Under the pieces are notes generated by a model. That model was given only the letters and a program-made list of their open reading frames with translations. It was not told the origin of the DNA and ran no database searches. DNA of 64,000 nt. Origin: the human T2T-CHM13v2.0 reference genome, Homo sapiens. Location of the stretch: assembly GCF_009914755.1 (NCBI RefSeq), contig NC_060938.1; one strand, given 5' to 3'. Position 1 is the first letter of the stretch. Every line of letters begins with the position of its first letter. Of this stretch, positions 1-64,000 are shown piece by piece. The translations under genes were made by a program, and so were the position numbers.

Positions 1-37
1 AGGATTAAGATTCATTGTTTAGTTTTGTTTCTCTCTA

Positions 38-949
<912 letters not shown>

Positions 950-1197
950 TGACTGTATTTTAACAGAAACATTTGAAACTGATGACGCTTAAAATTCATG
1001 ATCATGTGTAGTACACCAGATCTTGCCAGGAAGCCAACTAAGGGGCATTCTTTTATGAACAGAGTACGGATACTTTTTGGTTATTATGTTGCCTTAAACT
1101 CTCATATTTTCTCCAGGCTGCAGAAAATGGTCTAGTTGACTATAATGACATGCTGGGTTTTGAGCTTTGCTTTTGGTTGAATAAGTACCACAGTTTA

Positions 1198-1776
<579 letters not shown>

Positions 1777-3257
1777 TTAACTGAAAGTTGATGGGAATGA
1801 TAAATATCATTTACTTCTTATTTGAACAAAAAGGAAGAAGGTGTGAACTAGGCCAAAATGGCGAAGGGTTTAGAATAATTGTGCAGTCTAAATAAGTCTA
1901 CTCATAGGTCGACCTTAACCCAGCTGTGCTAAGCAGAGGTCTGTGGGAAACAGCTTGATAAAAGGCCGCATGGTTGGGTTATTCAGTTATTCTATGATGG
2001 GGCTGCTTTGGAAAGCAGTTGCTTTCTAAACCATAAAGCATTTTGTCTTCAAGTGTTTATTTGTTGAGGAAAACATTTCTCTTTCTCTTTCCCATGTCCC
2101 CAGGTGGGGAAGCTTCTGCCTTAGGATGTTCATATTTTCACTGGGTGGGTGCTGAATGAATGGAACTCGACACTTGCAATCAGTTGTCTTATTGCTTGAG
2201 GTGACTATGAAATGAATGAGAGAATTTGGCTATTTCAGTCCTTTTTGGAATCTTAACCAAGCTGCCATTGAAGATTATTCACATTGAGACCTTTCTTGAA
2301 TGTCATTTAAGACTCTTCTTTTTTACTCAAGTCAGAATAATGAGTTGGTTACACATTTTTTAGTTTTCAATGGTAAAAAGAGTTAGACAACTGTTAGTGG
2401 ATTAACAAAACCCTACACTGATGGACATGTTGGTAAGGAATTTGGTACTTATAAGTTGTAAGATATGGTTGGTCAGTTTCACTGTGTTCATGATTTATTA
2501 ACAAATACGTGAAGCAGCATATTTTCTCGATATAGAAACTTATATGGTACATGTAGTTGGGCCAAGAAATTAGACACCATATTCTAGGTGGTTTTGTAAG
2601 AGGTTTTTAAAAAACTCTCAAAAAATCTGTATCAGCTTTTAAAGAGAGTGCCGCTGTCAAGAGGACCTGGGTGTGGGGCACGGGCACATGGGCTTTAAGG
2701 CCTCCCCTTTCCTCTCCCCCCAACCTTTAGGTCCCTGTGGTTCCCCCGACCTGGCTTCCTCTCACTGCCTCCTCTATACCATCCTCCAGCCACTGACCTT
2801 GTTGTCACCTCTTGCTGACTGGACTCAGCTCAGGCCCACTCCAGACAGGCAGTTGTCTTGGGTGTCTGCTGACTTGCCTGTTTGGAGAAGAGGCAGAGGG
2901 CTGCCGGGGAGGGTGGATGAGGGAGGCTGGTGGCCAGGCTGAGTCCTGCTTGCTCCCTGCATTCCAGGCTTGGCCTCTTGTTTGCAGGCTGCACTCTGTG
3001 TCCTGCAGTTCACTGGCCTCGTCGTTCCTTAAATCCCAGTTTAGAGATCATTTATGGTGACTGGGGTGTGTCCCTTAGGAGCCTCTCTTCCACTCCAAGT
3101 GGCTTCTGAGAGCATTCTTTTTAACTTCAGACATCTCAAAATGAGTTTTAGTCTGTACAGTTTTTACCATTTGTATCTCATTCCAAAGGGGAAAATACAG
3201 ATGTTTTCTTTACTCAATAACTGCAACAACAATGCTTATATGAAATGTTTACTTTTT

Positions 3258-3555
3258 GGCTGGGTGTGGTGGCTCATGCCTGTAATCCCAGCACTTTGGG
3301 AGGCCGAGGTGGGCAGATCGCCTGAGCTCACAAGTGTGAGACTGGCCTGGGCAACATGGCGAAACCCTGCCTCTACAAAAAACAGTTACAAAAATTAGCC
3401 AGGTGTGGTGGTGCACACATGTAGTCCTACCTACCTCAGAGGCTGAGGTGAGAGGATCACTGAAGCCCAGGAGGCTGAGGTTGCAGTGAGCTGACATCAC
3501 ACCACTGCACTCCAGCCTGGGTGATAGAGCCAGAACTTGTCTCAAAAATAAAAAA
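3258..3555 (+). mobile_element. Alu
   Basis: Full dimer; TSD gtttactttt on both sides. Confidence 0.92.
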
Positions 3556-3970
3556 GTTTACTTTTTGGCTAGGATTTCCTCTTAGATACCTCTACTTGCG
3601 ATGTACAGTAGGTGGTGAGCAGCCAGCCGGACTGCTGTGCCCACTCCCCACGTAGCATTATGGAGACTGCTGAGCTGGGAGACCCTCCATAATCAGCCAC
3701 TTTCTCCTGGCACGTCTCGGGCTGTATGCACTGCTCCTGTCATTCATGGCTGAGTTTCTTAAGGATATCATTTCATATTTGCTTTTTGACAAAACTGGAA
3801 GCTGCAGTCAGTCATCTTGCCCCAGTCTGGGGTTGTTCCTCTGCTCCTGCACCACTGTCGTCCTGGGACTTCTCCAGTTTCTTGAGTTGGAGCTAGAGTT
3901 TTCTAGATCCCGTTTTCTTTGCTGGCTTACTCTGTCATTTCTCTGGAACACATCATAGAGTAACTTATTC

Positions 3971-4423
3971 TTTTTAATTTATTTTTTATTTTTGTTTTTA
4001 GAAACAGGATCTTGCTCTGTTGCCCAGGCTAGAGTGCAGTGGTGTGATCATAGATCACTGCAGCCTCGACCTCCTTGGCTCCAGTGATCCTCCCACCTCA
4101 GCCTCTTGAGTAGCTGGGACTACAAGAGGGCACCATCATGCCCAGCTATTTTTAAATTTTTTGTAATGATGGGGTCTTGCTATGTTGCCCAGGCTGGTTT
4201 TAAACTCTTGGCCCAAGATTACAGGCATGAGCCACGGCACCTGGCCTTACTCTTTTTTTAAAATTTATTTTTAATTAATTAATTTATTTTTTTGTAGAGA
4301 CAGTGGTCTCATGTTGTTGCTCAGGCTGGTCTTGTACTCCTGGGCTCAAGTGGTCCTCCTGCCTCAGCCTCCCAAAGTGCTGGGATTATAGGTGTGAGCC
4401 ACAGTATCTTTGTTTACCTGGGC
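3971..4423 (-). mobile_element. AluJ-like (3971-4245, internally deleted) plus left-monomer/FLAM (4252-4423)
   Basis: Two antisense Alu units separated by a repeated target motif cttattcttttt. Confidence 0.85.
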
Positions 4424-4730
4424 CTTATTCTTTTTTAAAATTAGTCTCCTGATGCAAAGTTTTCTTTCAGAAAAATGGTTTTAATTTACCCTTATTGGAG
4501 ATGAAATTTATCATTTGAAAAGGTACTCGAAGAGAAATAGTAAAAGTTGGTATCTCTGAACATTGTTTAAACTACAATAATTACACTAGAGATTAAATCA
4601 GGGTGGTCTGTTTAAAGTCTCAAAAGTTGTTAGATAAGGAGTGAAGCAGAAGAAAAGCCTGCAGTTTTAGAAGTATTTAATTTGTGATGATTCTCATTGT
4701 TTTATTTGAATGTTTTCTCTTACTCTGTAG

Positions 4731-63332
<58,602 letters not shown>

Positions 63333-63422
63333 GTAATTTAAAGATCCTGTTTGTTCCTTGTCCTCTCTTTTTTCTTTTCCTTGACTTCAGCTACTAGGAA
63401 CAACTTATCCTATAATTGGTGA

Positions 63423-63749
<327 letters not shown>

Positions 63750-64000
63750 TTACGTGCTGTTCTTTTAGGCCATTTTCTGACTGCTTTGGCTGGTGCGAGG
63801 TTACGCGGTGGAGCATTCTCACTTTTCCTTTTATACAAGGATGTGGGAAGTATTAATAATTGACTCCTGGATCTTTCATTCATTCCACCCTGCTTGGCTA
63901 CAGAGTAGAATACATCCAAGCTCTTGGCCCTGGGAAAAATCCAATAGCCTGATTAGGGGAAAGAGATGCAAAGAGTAACCAAATAGGAGTTATCCCCAAG

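Overview
Primate (very probably human) genomic DNA from the interior of TDRD9, the piRNA-pathway DExH-box helicase/Tudor gene, on the + strand. I traced 25 consecutive GT-AG coding exons (4731-63332). They total 2773 nt and splice into one uninterrupted frame of about 924 aa, running from helicase motif III (MSAT) through motifs IV-VI, the HA2/OB region, an RRM-like segment and an extended Tudor domain. From memory these are roughly exons 7-31; the start and stop codons lie outside the window. The introns are dense with transposable elements: about 40 Alu copies or fragments, several L1 and L2 pieces, a solo LTR13 inside an Alu, a THE1B-type MaLR lacking its 5' LTR, MST/MLT1/MER57/MER21-77 LTRs, an ERVL pol relic, MER2/MER8/MER47/MER1/Tigger3 DNA transposons and a 7SL pseudogene. 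Nearly all ORFs in the supplied track are repeat-derived noise or exons read into introns. The most interesting candidate is the sense THE1B LTR (14570-14881). It carries a DUX4-type site, a CCACCATG start and a GTAAGT donor that would splice in frame to the next TDRD9 exon. This predicts an LTR-driven, N-terminally truncated TDRD9, analogous to mouse oocyte Dicer. That isoform is inferred, not demonstrated. Repeat subfamily names are recalled from consensus sequences, and repeat boundaries are approximate unless a TSD is quoted.
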